64,000 nt of DNA. It comes from a bacterium (lineage in GTDB: Bacteria > Patescibacteriota > Patescibacteriia > Patescibacteriales > UBA12465). The position numbers were made by a program, and so were the translations under genes. The first letter of the stretch is position 1, and each line of letters begins with the position of its first letter. This document shows positions 1-8,319 of this stretch, piece by piece. The stretch covers positions 3,764-67,763 of the forward strand of contig JAUYNJ010000002.1 in assembly GCA_030696105.1 (NCBI GenBank), written 5' to 3'. Below the pieces are notes generated by a model. It was not told the origin of the DNA and made no database searches. It was given only the letters and a program-made list of their open reading frames with translations.

Positions 1-60
1 AATATTAATTTGTAAAATGTTGTTTGCGATATTTGAAAGACCTGTATTATAGCATAAAAA

Positions 61-89
61 CACCTCTTTTGCAATCGTGCAAAGAGGTG
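61..89 (-). terminator. Terminator-like hairpin downstream of the 270..575 gene
   Basis: Inverted repeat CACCTCTTTTGCA / TGCAAAGAGGTG. On the minus strand it is followed by TTTTTAT. Confidence 0.45.
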
Positions 90-269
90 ATTTTAAGTAT
101 ATATGATATTTAATTCTTATTTCGAGGTTCTTGCCAGTCTAAACTAAACTATTTTTAGTAGCTAGTCATGTTAATGATAAATCTTACAATTCCGTATAAA
201 GCCAATCCTCCAACTACTACCGCTAAGCCTTTGGATAAAAAATCAAAAGTGTTAATTTTTTTCATACCG

Positions 270-575
270 TTATATTATTCCTTTGTCTTTTCTAATTTGC
301 TTATCTTTAATTAGACTATAAATACCCATTACAACTAAAGCTAGGCCTACCACGGTTACTTTAAATATGCCATCCACTAAATTCACTAGAAATATAGCCA
401 GTATCAATACTACTAATATCCAGTATGTTGTTTTATACCCCTTTCCCAAAGGTAAAAGAGTTGCGTTTTTACACTTAGGACATTTAGCTGTTCTAAAGCC
501 TGCTAAATTATACTTGGCCTTGCTTTCAAACTTTTCTTTGCATTGCGAACAATAGAATTGTTTAAGACGAGACAT
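270..575 (-). CDS. Hypothetical zinc-ribbon membrane protein
   Basis: 101-aa ORF. The N-terminus has paired Cys motifs (CSQCKEKF...CPKCKN), followed by two hydrophobic helices. No family recognised. Confidence 0.5.
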   Translation of the reverse strand: MSRLKQFYCSQCKEKFESKAKYNLAGFRTAKCPKCKNATLLPLGKGYKTTYWILVVLILAIFLVNLVDGIFKVTVVGLALVVMGIYSLIKDKQIRKDKGII

Positions 576-682
576 ACTTTTTAATAATTATTTTTAGCAA
601 ATAAGTTTGTTTGGGGTCAGTATTGGGAATAGATTAGAGGTATTAGCTTGTTCTGAGTAGAGAATAATTGGCTTCTGTAGGG

Positions 683-1084
683 TTATGATGCTATAAAACC
701 AAAATAACTTAAAGTTGGTTTTATGTTTGGTGCTAAATTTTCTTTATCTAAATCGGCAATATCTATCCAGCGCCACTCTCTTATATCATCCCCTGGAGTT
801 ATCTCGCCAATTCTTTTTGCTAAATAGTGCGCCAAAATTACGCTCGTTTGAAATCCGTCAATTTCTTTTTCGGTGTAATAAAAGAAAGGAGAGTTCTCCA
901 TTATTTCTATATCTATTCCCATCTCTTCTTTAACCTCTCGTTGAGCGGACTCTTTCAAATTAGCTTCATCTTCTTTAACTCTTCCTCCGCAGAATTTCCA
1001 AAAATCATCGCTCCCGTGTTTATCCAATAACACCTTATTATCCTCCACGATGACCGGGCCGGCTGCAATTATAATTTTAGACAT
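683..1084 (-). CDS. NUDIX hydrolase
   Basis: 133-aa ORF with the Nudix box GGRVKEDEANLKESAQREVKEEMGI (GX5EX7REUXEEXGU pattern). Confidence 0.8.
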   Translation of the reverse strand: MSKIIIAAGPVIVEDNKVLLDKHGSDDFWKFCGGRVKEDEANLKESAQREVKEEMGIDIEIMENSPFFYYTEKEIDGFQTSVILAHYLAKRIGEITPGDDIREWRWIDIADLDKENLAPNIKPTLSYFGFIAS

Positions 1085-1199
1085 ATATTCATTATTTACA
1101 TTGATCGTATTCTGATTATACCATGTAGCTTAATGGTCTCCAAAAAATAAAAAAGGGAGGTCTGATGTTTTAGACTCCCTCAAAAATTTTCTTGCTACT

Positions 1200-1670
1200 T
1201 TAAGTTAAATAGAATTCAATTGCGTAGCCGACTTTTACTCCAGTCACCTCCTTGAGCTCAATATCGAAAAGTTCATTAATCATAATAAAATCTTTAAAGA
1301 ACTTGTCGTAAAATTCTCTACTTGCCTCATAGTTTGCACCGGGAGCAATAAAATGTTGATAACCAATAATGTAGGGTGAGTTTGTTAATGACCGAAAAAT
1401 AACTTCAGCAAGATAGTCGAGGTTAGTTTTTTTACCACTAAAGAGGTTGAGGCTTTTCAGTTTCTCCGAAACTTCCTGCTTCATAATAGCGACAAACTCA
1501 GTCGAGCATCTTGAGGTAATTTCCTGTTTCATGCAGTTAATCAACTCAACTTCCGCAAATCCTTTTTGTTTTTCGATTCTTTCAGTTATCACGATCAAGC
1601 CCGTCAGATTAGAGGCAACATCTTTGTACTGATTCAAGTAATCAGCAAAATCTTTTTCTTTTGTGTGCAT
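1200..1670 (-). CDS. Hypothetical protein
   Basis: 156-aa ORF downstream of a consensus promoter at 1800..1828. No motif recognised. Confidence 0.45.
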   Translation of the reverse strand: MHTKEKDFADYLNQYKDVASNLTGLIVITERIEKQKGFAEVELINCMKQEITSRCSTEFVAIMKQEVSEKLKSLNLFSGKKTNLDYLAEVIFRSLTNSPYIIGYQHFIAPGANYEASREFYDKFFKDFIMINELFDIELKEVTGVKVGYAIEFYLT

Positions 1671-1799
1671 GATTTCAAGTTTTAAGGTTTGTAAATTTGA
1701 TTAATGACTAAAACCACCTTCCGCCAGCAGTCGGATTAAGACGATCTTGGTAATTAACCAAATTTAACCTCCTTTGTTAAAGTTCAATTGTAACCACGA

Positions 1800-1828
1800 A
1801 TTATAATAAATTAGTCTATATTTGTCAA
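1800..1828 (-). promoter_or_regulatory. Consensus sigma70-type promoter reading leftward
   Basis: On the minus strand: TTGACA (1828..1823), a 17-nt spacer, then TATAAT (1805..1800). It lies about 130 nt upstream of the ATG at 1670. Confidence 0.6.
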
Positions 1829-1924
1829 GTGATGTGACATTGCGGGAGATTATAGTGCGGCTACGACACCCTCCTGATAGCTGGCGGCGCTTATCTCGCT
1901 ATCCTCGACAATGCTATCCTGCGT

Positions 1925-1970
1925 CTACATAATAAAAACACAGTACTTTGTACTGTGTTTTATTATGTAG
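1925..1970. repeat. AT-rich inverted repeat (about 21-bp arms, 3-nt loop)
   Basis: CTACATAATAAAAACACAGTAC ttt GTACTGTGTTTTATTATGTAG with one bulged A. No flanking T-run on either strand, so it is not a classical terminator. Confidence 0.6.
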
Positions 1971-2041
1971 TATACGCGGCGGAGAGCTTGGTACTATATT
2001 GGAAAAATGATTAACACTAATAGCGGTCTTTAAAAATAAAA

Positions 2042-2064
2042 AAGAAGCTGGTTTAGGGCTTCTT
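2042..2064 (-). terminator. Intrinsic terminator after the 2085..2477 gene
   Basis: Hairpin AAGAAGC...GCTTCTT. On the minus strand it is followed by TTTTTTATTTTT. Confidence 0.55.
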
Positions 2065-2084
2065 TAGTTTTTTGACAGTTATTG

Positions 2085-2477
2085 TCAAAGCTCTTCTAAA
2101 ATTTCGATTTCCTGCTCTAATTCTATTAAACCGCTCTGGATTTTAGAGATATAATCTTTTTTGCTCTTTATTCTTGTGCTCACAAGTTCTTTAAATGCTT
2201 CATCAATTTTTTCTTTGGTACTTTTTCCAAATGGCAAGATGATTGCACCAATAAGGATGATAACGATTGCTAAGCAAACAGTAAAGACGGAGACTTTAAA
2301 TAACATTGATAATAATTCCGAAGATTGTGGCAGAAAGAACCAGGCAACGATGCAAAAAGTAGTATAGAGAATTAAAAGTGACTTTAATGTAACCATTAAT
2401 TGCTTGGTTTTTCTGTGAAGTCTAACTTTTTGAGATGCTTCATCTCGTAAATTTTCAATTAATTTTTCTTTTGTCAT
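2085..2477 (-). CDS. Hypothetical membrane protein with coiled-coil ends
   Basis: 130-aa ORF with two central hydrophobic helices (LLILYTTFCIVAWFF, VFTVCLAIVIILIGAIILPF). It starts 11 nt after the upstream ORF. Confidence 0.5.
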   Translation of the reverse strand: MTKEKLIENLRDEASQKVRLHRKTKQLMVTLKSLLILYTTFCIVAWFFLPQSSELLSMLFKVSVFTVCLAIVIILIGAIILPFGKSTKEKIDEAFKELVSTRIKSKKDYISKIQSGLIELEQEIEILEEL

Positions 2478-2488
2478 GATTTCTGTTT

Positions 2489-2785
2489 TTAAACATTAAA
2501 ACTAATTACACCTTTTACTTCAACATTAAAAATGTTCATTTCAGAATAACCAGCTTCACCTTCAAACTCCATATAGCCATTGCTACCGGGCATTTGTTTG
2601 ACTGAACTGATATTTAATCTAATTCCGCTTTCTTTTTTAACATAAAAAAATTTATTGTCAGAAAGTGAAGCAAAAAAAGCCTCTTTAGTTTCTTTAATAT
2701 CTTGATAGATACTATTTTCTTCGGAAACATTAAAGCTTCCAATTTTCTTATGCTCGTCTTTTGTTGGTTGAAATTGTAAGTACAT
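2489..2785 (-). CDS. Hypothetical protein
   Basis: 98-aa ORF downstream of the consensus promoter at 2908..2936. No motif recognised. Confidence 0.45.
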   Translation of the reverse strand: MYLQFQPTKDEHKKIGSFNVSEENSIYQDIKETKEAFFASLSDNKFFYVKKESGIRLNISSVKQMPGSNGYMEFEGEAGYSEMNIFNVEVKGVISFNV

Positions 2786-2907
2786 GATTTCTATTTTTTA
2801 AAGATTATTACTAATTCGATTAATTACTAAACTTGCCTATTTTTAGACAAACTTGGTAATTAATCAAATGTAATCTTATTTGTAAATGTCCTATTTTTTA
2901 TAACCAT

Positions 2908-2936
2908 ATTATAGCATAACAGTCAATATTTGTCAA
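2908..2936 (-). promoter_or_regulatory. Consensus sigma70-type promoter reading leftward
   Basis: On the minus strand: TTGACA (2936..2931), a 17-nt spacer, then TATAAT (2913..2908). The architecture is paralogous to the promoter at 1800..1828. Confidence 0.6.
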
Positions 2937-3086
2937 CTGGCTGATATTTTAGACCTTTAGACAAAACATTTAGCTAAACTTTGTCTAACCCTGTTTTGAT
3001 AAGCTACAAAAATAAGAGTTAAGAAAAATGGCCAATAACTTTTCTTAACTCTCTTCTGCTATAGATTAAGTATTGACCGGCCGTCC

Positions 3087-3138
3087 CCATTTTCTTTTTT
3101 TGGCGGCATCCCTCTGGGTAGCCGAAAAAAGAAAATGG
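3087..3138. repeat. 52-bp dyad: 18-bp inverted arms around a 16-nt centre, upstream of the recombinase gene
   Basis: CCATTTTCTTTTTTTGGC - ggcatccctctgggta - GCCGAAAAAAGAAAATGG. There is one T/C difference between the arms, and CCGG flanks on both sides. Confidence 0.6.
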
Positions 3139-3251
3139 CCGGTTAGGGTAAAACGTCCCCTTCTATATATATTAACTTGACTATACGCACACACCAAGAC
3201 GTTTTGTCTGGACGATAATTTAAACAAATTAATAAATTTAGCTAAAATAAT

Positions 3252-4832
3252 ATGAAATACATTCTATACGCTCGTAAGTCTAGCGAAGATAAAAGTAAGC
3301 AAATTTTGTCCTTAGAAAGTCAGGTTAATGAAATGAAAAAACTAGCTAATAATTTAGGGCTAGAAATTGAGTTGGTCTATACCGAAAGCAAGTCGGCTAA
3401 GTTGCCAAACAACAGGCCTGTGTTTTTAGAGATGTTAAAAGTAATTGAAAATAGCTCAGAGGACTATGGCATTATCTGTTGGAAGATAGATAGATTATCT
3501 AGAAACCCCATTGATAGCGGTAAGATTCAATGGTTACTGCAACAAGGTAAAATCAAAGCGATTCAAACATCTGATAGACAGTATTTGCCTAGCGATAACG
3601 TGCTACTGCTAAATATTGAAGGCTCAATGGCTAATCAGTATATTTTAGATTTAAGTAAAAATGTAAAACGTGGCATTCAAACTAAGTTAGAAAAAGGAAT
3701 GTGGCCGAACTTCGCTCCGATCGGATATCTAAATGACGGTAAGGGCGGAATATTAGTTGATACGGTAAGAGCTCGGTATATCAAAAAGATATTTAAGTTA
3801 TATGCGACTGGTAATTATACGATGAAAGAATTAGCTAATTTGATGTATGAATCTGGTTTTAGAAGTAGAAGTAATATTAAATATCATAAAAGCAAAATCT
3901 ATAAACTAATTAATGATTCTTTTTATTGTGGCCTTATGCAATTTCACGGTAAAGAATATGAGGGTAAATATGAAACACTAATATCTAGAAAATTATTTAG
4001 TGATTGCCAAAAAGTAATGGAATTAAAACAACATCCCAAAAAGAAGATAGAGCATTTTCATTTTAGAGGACTAATGACTTGTGAAAAATGTGGCTGTTTA
4101 CTTACTGCCTCAAGGAAGAAAAATAAATATGTTTATTATTACTGCACTAATGGACGAGGTGGTTGTAGCGAGCATAATCACTATCTAAAAGAGGAGGAAG
4201 TGATTAAGCAGATGTCTAAAGTTTTTGATTATATGAAAGTTGATGAAGATGAAATAGAAATGATGCACGCTAATTCGCTAGAGCTGTTAGTTAATAATAA
4301 CCCTGATAGACGTGAGTATCTAGAAGTTAAACACAGCCTTGAAAATGAGCTTAAGAGATTTGAAAATAGAAAAGACGAACTCTTTAACCTGTTGCTTGAT
4401 AAATCTATTTCTAAAGAAGAATTTGAAACTAAAGAATTAATAATTAAAAATGAGATAAATAATTTTACTAAGGCTCTAAAAAAACTAGAGGATGAGCAAG
4501 AAGTGGTGCTGACTGCAGAAACTTTGGAACTTACCAAAGAATTCTTTTTATCCCCTAAAAAGCAGAAAAAAGCGTTTTTGAAAGTTAGTTTAGATGATAA
4601 AAGAAAAATGCTATCTGGACTAGTTTGGAACTTATCCATAGACAACAAAAAATTAGCTAAGGTTAGTTTCAAAGAACCCTTTGAAACCCTAGCTAATTCT
4701 GCTAAAAACACCGATATTGACAATCTGCGGAGAGGGGGAGATTCGAACTCCCGAAGGGCTTTCACCCTTGCCGCTTTTCGAGAGCGGTGCTTTCAACCAC
4801 TCAGCCACCTCTCCTGCTTACTATTGCAATAG
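3252..4832 (+). CDS. Large serine recombinase (integrase)
   Basis: 526-aa ORF. The N-terminus is a resolvase-type catalytic domain (YARKSSEDKSKQILSLESQ, WKIDRLSRN). It is followed by a recombinase domain, a Cys-rich zinc ribbon (CEKCGC...YYYCTNGRGGC) and a long coiled coil. The last ~35 codons are antisense to tRNA-Ser, so the true or ancestral C-terminus is uncertain. Confidence 0.85.
   Translation: MKYILYARKSSEDKSKQILSLESQVNEMKKLANNLGLEIELVYTESKSAKLPNNRPVFLEMLKVIENSSEDYGIICWKIDRLSRNPIDSGKIQWLLQQGKIKAIQTSDRQYLPSDNVLLLNIEGSMANQYILDLSKNVKRGIQTKLEKGMWPNFAPIGYLNDGKGGILVDTVRARYIKKIFKLYATGNYTMKELANLMYESGFRSRSNIKYHKSKIYKLINDSFYCGLMQFHGKEYEGKYETLISRKLFSDCQKVMELKQHPKKKIEHFHFRGLMTCEKCGCLLTASRKKNKYVYYYCTNGRGGCSEHNHYLKEEEVIKQMSKVFDYMKVDEDEIEMMHANSLELLVNNNPDRREYLEVKHSLENELKRFENRKDELFNLLLDKSISKEEFETKELIIKNEINNFTKALKKLEDEQEVVLTAETLELTKEFFLSPKKQKKAFLKVSLDDKRKMLSGLVWNLSIDNKKLAKVSFKEPFETLANSAKNTDIDNLRRGGDSNSRRAFTLAAFRERCFQPLSHLSCLLLQ
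4728..4814 (-). tRNA. tRNA-Ser (anticodon CGA), type II with long variable arm
   Basis: Manual cloverleaf: acceptor GGAGAGG/CCTCTCC, anticodon arm CCGCT-CTCGAAA-AGCGG, 18-nt variable arm, T-arm GGGAG-TTCGAAT-CTCCC, discriminator G. Confidence 0.9.
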
Positions 4833-5531
4833 TTTAGCGATATCTTTATCTGTCAAAACCCAGAACTTACCAAGCGGCAAGGTGCCGATCTCTAGTCCGC
4901 CGATGGCGACGCGCTGTAAGTCGATAACTTTAAGACCCATACCAGCAAACATTCTTCTGATATGGCGTTTCTTACCTTCACCTAATGTCACTGCCCAGCG
5001 ATCTTCTTCGCGGCGGACACTTTTGGCGGTGAGTATTTCGCCTTCATCACTTTTAATACCATCTTTGACTCTAGCATACAAAGCGCGCTCCGTTAATTCC
5101 ATGCGATCTTCACCGGCAAAGCGGACGAGATATTTTTTGTCGTGACCGTAACGAGGATGAGCGATTTGATTTGCTAAATCACCGTCGTTAGTTAATAGAA
5201 TTAAACCACGACTCTCTTTGTCCAGGCGCCCAACGATAATTAGGTTCTGCATATCGTCTGGAAGCAAATCAAAAATATTATCTTCTCCGGCGAAACGTCT
5301 ATTGGTACAAGTATAACCAACCGGCTTATTGAACATTATAACAAGCTTAGAGCCGGCCGCCTTATTATCAACTTGTTTACCGCGAACGCGGATATCTTCA
5401 ATGCCTTCAACCATTGCACCGAGCTCAGCACGCATTCCGTTTACCGTTACTTTACCGTTACGAATTAATTCTTCAGCGCCGCGACGACTCGCAACCCCCG
5501 CTTGGGCAAGAAATTTTGTTAGATATATCAT
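4821..5531 (-). CDS. rRNA pseudouridine synthase, RsuA/RluB family
   Basis: 236-aa ORF. N-terminal S4-like domain (LAQAGVASRRGAEELIRNGKVTVNG) and catalytic motif GRLDKESRGLILLTNDG. Confidence 0.85.
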   Translation of the reverse strand: MIYLTKFLAQAGVASRRGAEELIRNGKVTVNGMRAELGAMVEGIEDIRVRGKQVDNKAAGSKLVIMFNKPVGYTCTNRRFAGEDNIFDLLPDDMQNLIIVGRLDKESRGLILLTNDGDLANQIAHPRYGHDKKYLVRFAGEDRMELTERALYARVKDGIKSDEGEILTAKSVRREEDRWAVTLGEGKKRHIRRMFAGMGLKVIDLQRVAIGGLEIGTLPLGKFWVLTDKDIAKLLQ

Positions 5532-6898
5532 ATTGATTTTGTATTTTTAATTTTCATAATTCCCGCCATCGCGACAATTAGCCAGAAGATAATGGCTAAG
5601 TCATTTTTAAAATATGGGACGTCGACAAGGCCGTGAATGACGAGGGCGCTCATCGCGCCAATTAATCCGAGGACGAGCATTCTCTTCTCACGTTCCAACG
5701 ATTTTAGTAATCGGATTGAATCATAGAAGAAGCGTCCGATGAGCCAGGTAAATAGGAGGGCGCCAAATAGAGTAATTTCTGTCCAGAAGTTTAGGAAAAT
5801 ATTGTGGGGGTATTTGTAGATTTCAACTGGCTGCCAAACCTGTTTTTTATATTCATCATTCCAGACAACTTTGCGATACCAGTCAGGATCATCATTCTTC
5901 ACAAATATCCCTTCTTGATGAAAAGGAGTAACCGCCTTTTGGTACTGATCTAAACCAGCACCAGAAAGTAATCGTCCGTCTTCTAACATCTGAAATGTTT
6001 CCTTCCATTGCTGACGACGAATTTGTCCGCTTAAATCCATGAGCGTCGCTTTATTCTCAACATATTTCCAGGTAGCACCGGAAATACTGAGGACAATAAC
6101 AACAAATATTGCACCGGCGATAGCAGCTTTTCTAGTATTCTTGTGCGCAAGAAGCGCAACTATGAAAGCCCCGCCAGCGATACCGACTAAGGCGCCTTCC
6201 GAATGAGCAAAGTATATGGCTAAGAGCGAAGAGACAATGGTGAGGAGTAAAAAAATCTTTTGACCCGCTTTTAATAGCGTGGTGCGACGTGGGAATGAAA
6301 GGAATAGCCCGCCGAGCAGGAATATAATAGGAGCAAGGAAGAGACCGACGGCGTTAGGATAGGGGAAAAATGAAGTGACGCGGCGCTGTGAGAGCAGCGC
6401 CCAGAAGTCATTGAAAATATAGAGACCGGTAATTTGTTGAAAGAGGGCATAGAGACTTACGACAGCCGCTGAAAGAGCGAGTGGCCAAATTAATTTCTTT
6501 ATTCCTCCTTGTCCGCGGTTGATGATGACAATATAGAGCATTATCGGCTCAAGGAAATAGGCTTTAAAAATACCGAGAGCGCTATTATCGAAACCCGCGA
6601 TTGCGAGTCCGGCCCAAGCAGCAATTAATATGCCAACAATTTCTAAGTGATAGGGATATTTAAGGCGTCGTCCTTGCCATGAGCTTCGTCCTAAGCGCTT
6701 CCAAGGCTTATCTTCAATAAACCAGACGGCAAAGATAATGAGAACCATCATTTCCAATAAGGTTGCCGGAATTGGACCGATGTTAAAGCGTAGCAAATAT
6801 GCCGGCAGGGACGCGAGTACAATGAAAAGAGCCCAGTCCAGGCGCAGGACAGCAATGAAAGTAAAACAAATTATCGCTAATAGCATTAATATCTCCAT
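5528..6898 (-). CDS. O-antigen ligase/polymerase-like (Wzy_C-type) polytopic membrane protein
   Basis: 456-aa ORF with more than 10 hydrophobic helices and a large loop. The motif YPHNIFLNFWTEITLFG resembles the HN..L....E.G signature of O-antigen ligase family proteins. Confidence 0.6.
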   Translation of the reverse strand: MEILMLLAIICFTFIAVLRLDWALFIVLASLPAYLLRFNIGPIPATLLEMMVLIIFAVWFIEDKPWKRLGRSSWQGRRLKYPYHLEIVGILIAAWAGLAIAGFDNSALGIFKAYFLEPIMLYIVIINRGQGGIKKLIWPLALSAAVVSLYALFQQITGLYIFNDFWALLSQRRVTSFFPYPNAVGLFLAPIIFLLGGLFLSFPRRTTLLKAGQKIFLLLTIVSSLLAIYFAHSEGALVGIAGGAFIVALLAHKNTRKAAIAGAIFVVIVLSISGATWKYVENKATLMDLSGQIRRQQWKETFQMLEDGRLLSGAGLDQYQKAVTPFHQEGIFVKNDDPDWYRKVVWNDEYKKQVWQPVEIYKYPHNIFLNFWTEITLFGALLFTWLIGRFFYDSIRLLKSLEREKRMLVLGLIGAMSALVIHGLVDVPYFKNDLAIIFWLIVAMAGIMKIKNTKSI

Positions 6899-6978
6899 AT
6901 TGAAGATTATAGCATTATTTTCCTTACAAAACCGCCCCGCGATGGCTTGCCATTTACGGGGCGGTCGGGATGTGGATA

Positions 6979-7542
6979 TTAGGCAGTAACTCTTTCGACG
7001 TATTCTCCAGTTTCAGTGTTGATACGAATCATATCTCCTTCTTCGATAAACATCGGCACGTTAATTAACGCGCCCGTTTCTATTTCTACCTGCTTATTAA
7101 CATTACCAGCAGAATTTCCTTTAACTCCGGGAGGAGCACTGACAACTTTGAATTCCATCTTGATAGGGAGGTCAATAGCGACGGGCTTCCCGTTGAAGTA
7201 GAGAACGCTCACATCGGTCCCATCTTTTAAGAATTGAATCTTATCACCAATTTCATCGACGTGCAGATTAAACTGCTCAAAGTTTTCGTTTTCCATGAAA
7301 TAAGCTTCGTCTTTATCCTTATACATGAAATTTGCTTTTCTCTTTTCAGTTTCTGCCTCTTCAGCTTTTTCCGCACCTTGGTAGGTGCGTTCTAAGATAT
7401 TGCTGTTAATGAGGTTGCGGCATTTAACTTTTAAAACGGCGCCTCCACGACCCATCTTATGATGGTCGGTCTTAACGATGACATAAGGCTCATCGTTTAA
7501 GAGAATGACTTTACCAATCTTAATTTCATTGAAGTTCAACAT
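6979..7542 (-). CDS. efp: Elongation factor P
   Basis: 187-aa ORF with typical EF-P sequence (KIGKVILLNDEPYVIVKTDHHKMGRGGAVLKVKCRNL). Confidence 0.95.
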   Translation of the reverse strand: MLNFNEIKIGKVILLNDEPYVIVKTDHHKMGRGGAVLKVKCRNLINSNILERTYQGAEKAEEAETEKRKANFMYKDKDEAYFMENENFEQFNLHVDEIGDKIQFLKDGTDVSVLYFNGKPVAIDLPIKMEFKVVSAPPGVKGNSAGNVNKQVEIETGALINVPMFIEEGDMIRINTETGEYVERVTA

Positions 7543-7558
7543 AGTATCAGCGCGTTAA

Positions 7559-7771
7559 TTATTTGTGAGTCGGTGAGAGTAAGGACATCACGCGTGCGCG
7601 TTTGATGGCCTGAGTAAGCTGGCGCTGGTGCCAAGCGCAAACGCCGGTACGGTCGCCAGGTAAAATCTTCATGTAGAAGTTAACGAAGCGGCGTAAAGTG
7701 CGGACGTCTTTATAATCGGCATCAAGCTGGTTGACACAGAAAAAGCAGTCTTTGTGTTTATTGTTTTTCAT
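7559..7771 (-). CDS. rpsR: 30S ribosomal protein S18
   Basis: 70-aa ORF (CFFC...LRRFVNFYMKILPGDRTGVCAWHQRQLTQAIKRAR), placed in rpsF-ssb-rpsR order. Confidence 0.95.
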   Translation of the reverse strand: MKNNKHKDCFFCVNQLDADYKDVRTLRRFVNFYMKILPGDRTGVCAWHQRQLTQAIKRARVMSLLSPTHK

Positions 7772-7798
7772 AATTATTGGTTTGTTCTTTTATTATTT

Positions 7799-8269
7799 TT
7801 AGAAGGGAATATTTTCCACGCGGATTTCTTCTTCTTCGTCAGCGTTGATAGTGGGGAGTTCTTCAGCTTGCTTAGGCGCTGTTCTTGGAGCGGTTTGACC
7901 GCCACCGAAGTTATTTCCACCAAAACTAGCACTTTCACCGCCTGCCCGATCAAGCATGATCATATTTTCGGTGACGATTTCCGTGCGGTATCTCTTAACG
8001 CCATCTTGCCCGGCCCAATCAGTGGTCTGCAAGCGGCCTTCGATATAAACCTTTGAGCCTTTCTTTAAATACTGTCCGATGATATCGGCGAGCTTGCGCC
8101 AAGCGACAATATTATGGAATTCAGTTTTCTTTTGTTGTTGGCCGGCATTATCTGTCCAGGTAATACTGGTCGCGACACTGAAAGAAGCGACATTCTGTCC
8201 GGAAGGAGTTGTTCTTATTTCCGGATCGCGGGTCAGATTGCCGATGACCATAGCTTTGTTTAAGTTCAT
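7799..8269 (-). CDS. ssb: Single-stranded DNA-binding protein
   Basis: 156-aa ORF. OB-fold N-terminus (MNLNKAMVIGNLTRDPEIRTTPSG), a Gly-rich linker and an acidic tail ending IPF. Confidence 0.95.
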   Translation of the reverse strand: MNLNKAMVIGNLTRDPEIRTTPSGQNVASFSVATSITWTDNAGQQQKKTEFHNIVAWRKLADIIGQYLKKGSKVYIEGRLQTTDWAGQDGVKRYRTEIVTENMIMLDRAGGESASFGGNNFGGGQTAPRTAPKQAEELPTINADEEEEIRVENIPF

Positions 8270-8319
8270 ACATTTGAACTTAACTTTATAAACGCGCTTA
8301 TAAAATTAAGCTGATTAGT

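Larger units (their letters stand above)
1..4727. mobile_element. Putative integrated/accessory block ending at the 3' end of tRNA-Ser and carrying a large serine recombinase. The left boundary is not visible in the window.
   Basis: The block is visibly more AT-rich than the core genes to its right. It holds five small unrecognisable ORFs behind duplicated consensus promoters. The recombinase gene abuts and reads into tRNA-Ser(CGA). No flanking direct repeat was found by eye. Confidence 0.4.

Noticed and set aside
4717-5145. 142-aa + strand ORF overlapping tRNA-Ser and the pseudouridine synthase gene
   Set aside because: It is entirely antisense to a well-supported gene (the RsuA/RluB family motif is on the other strand) and to a tRNA. 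It has a low-complexity Ser/Pro-rich translation typical of a shadow ORF.
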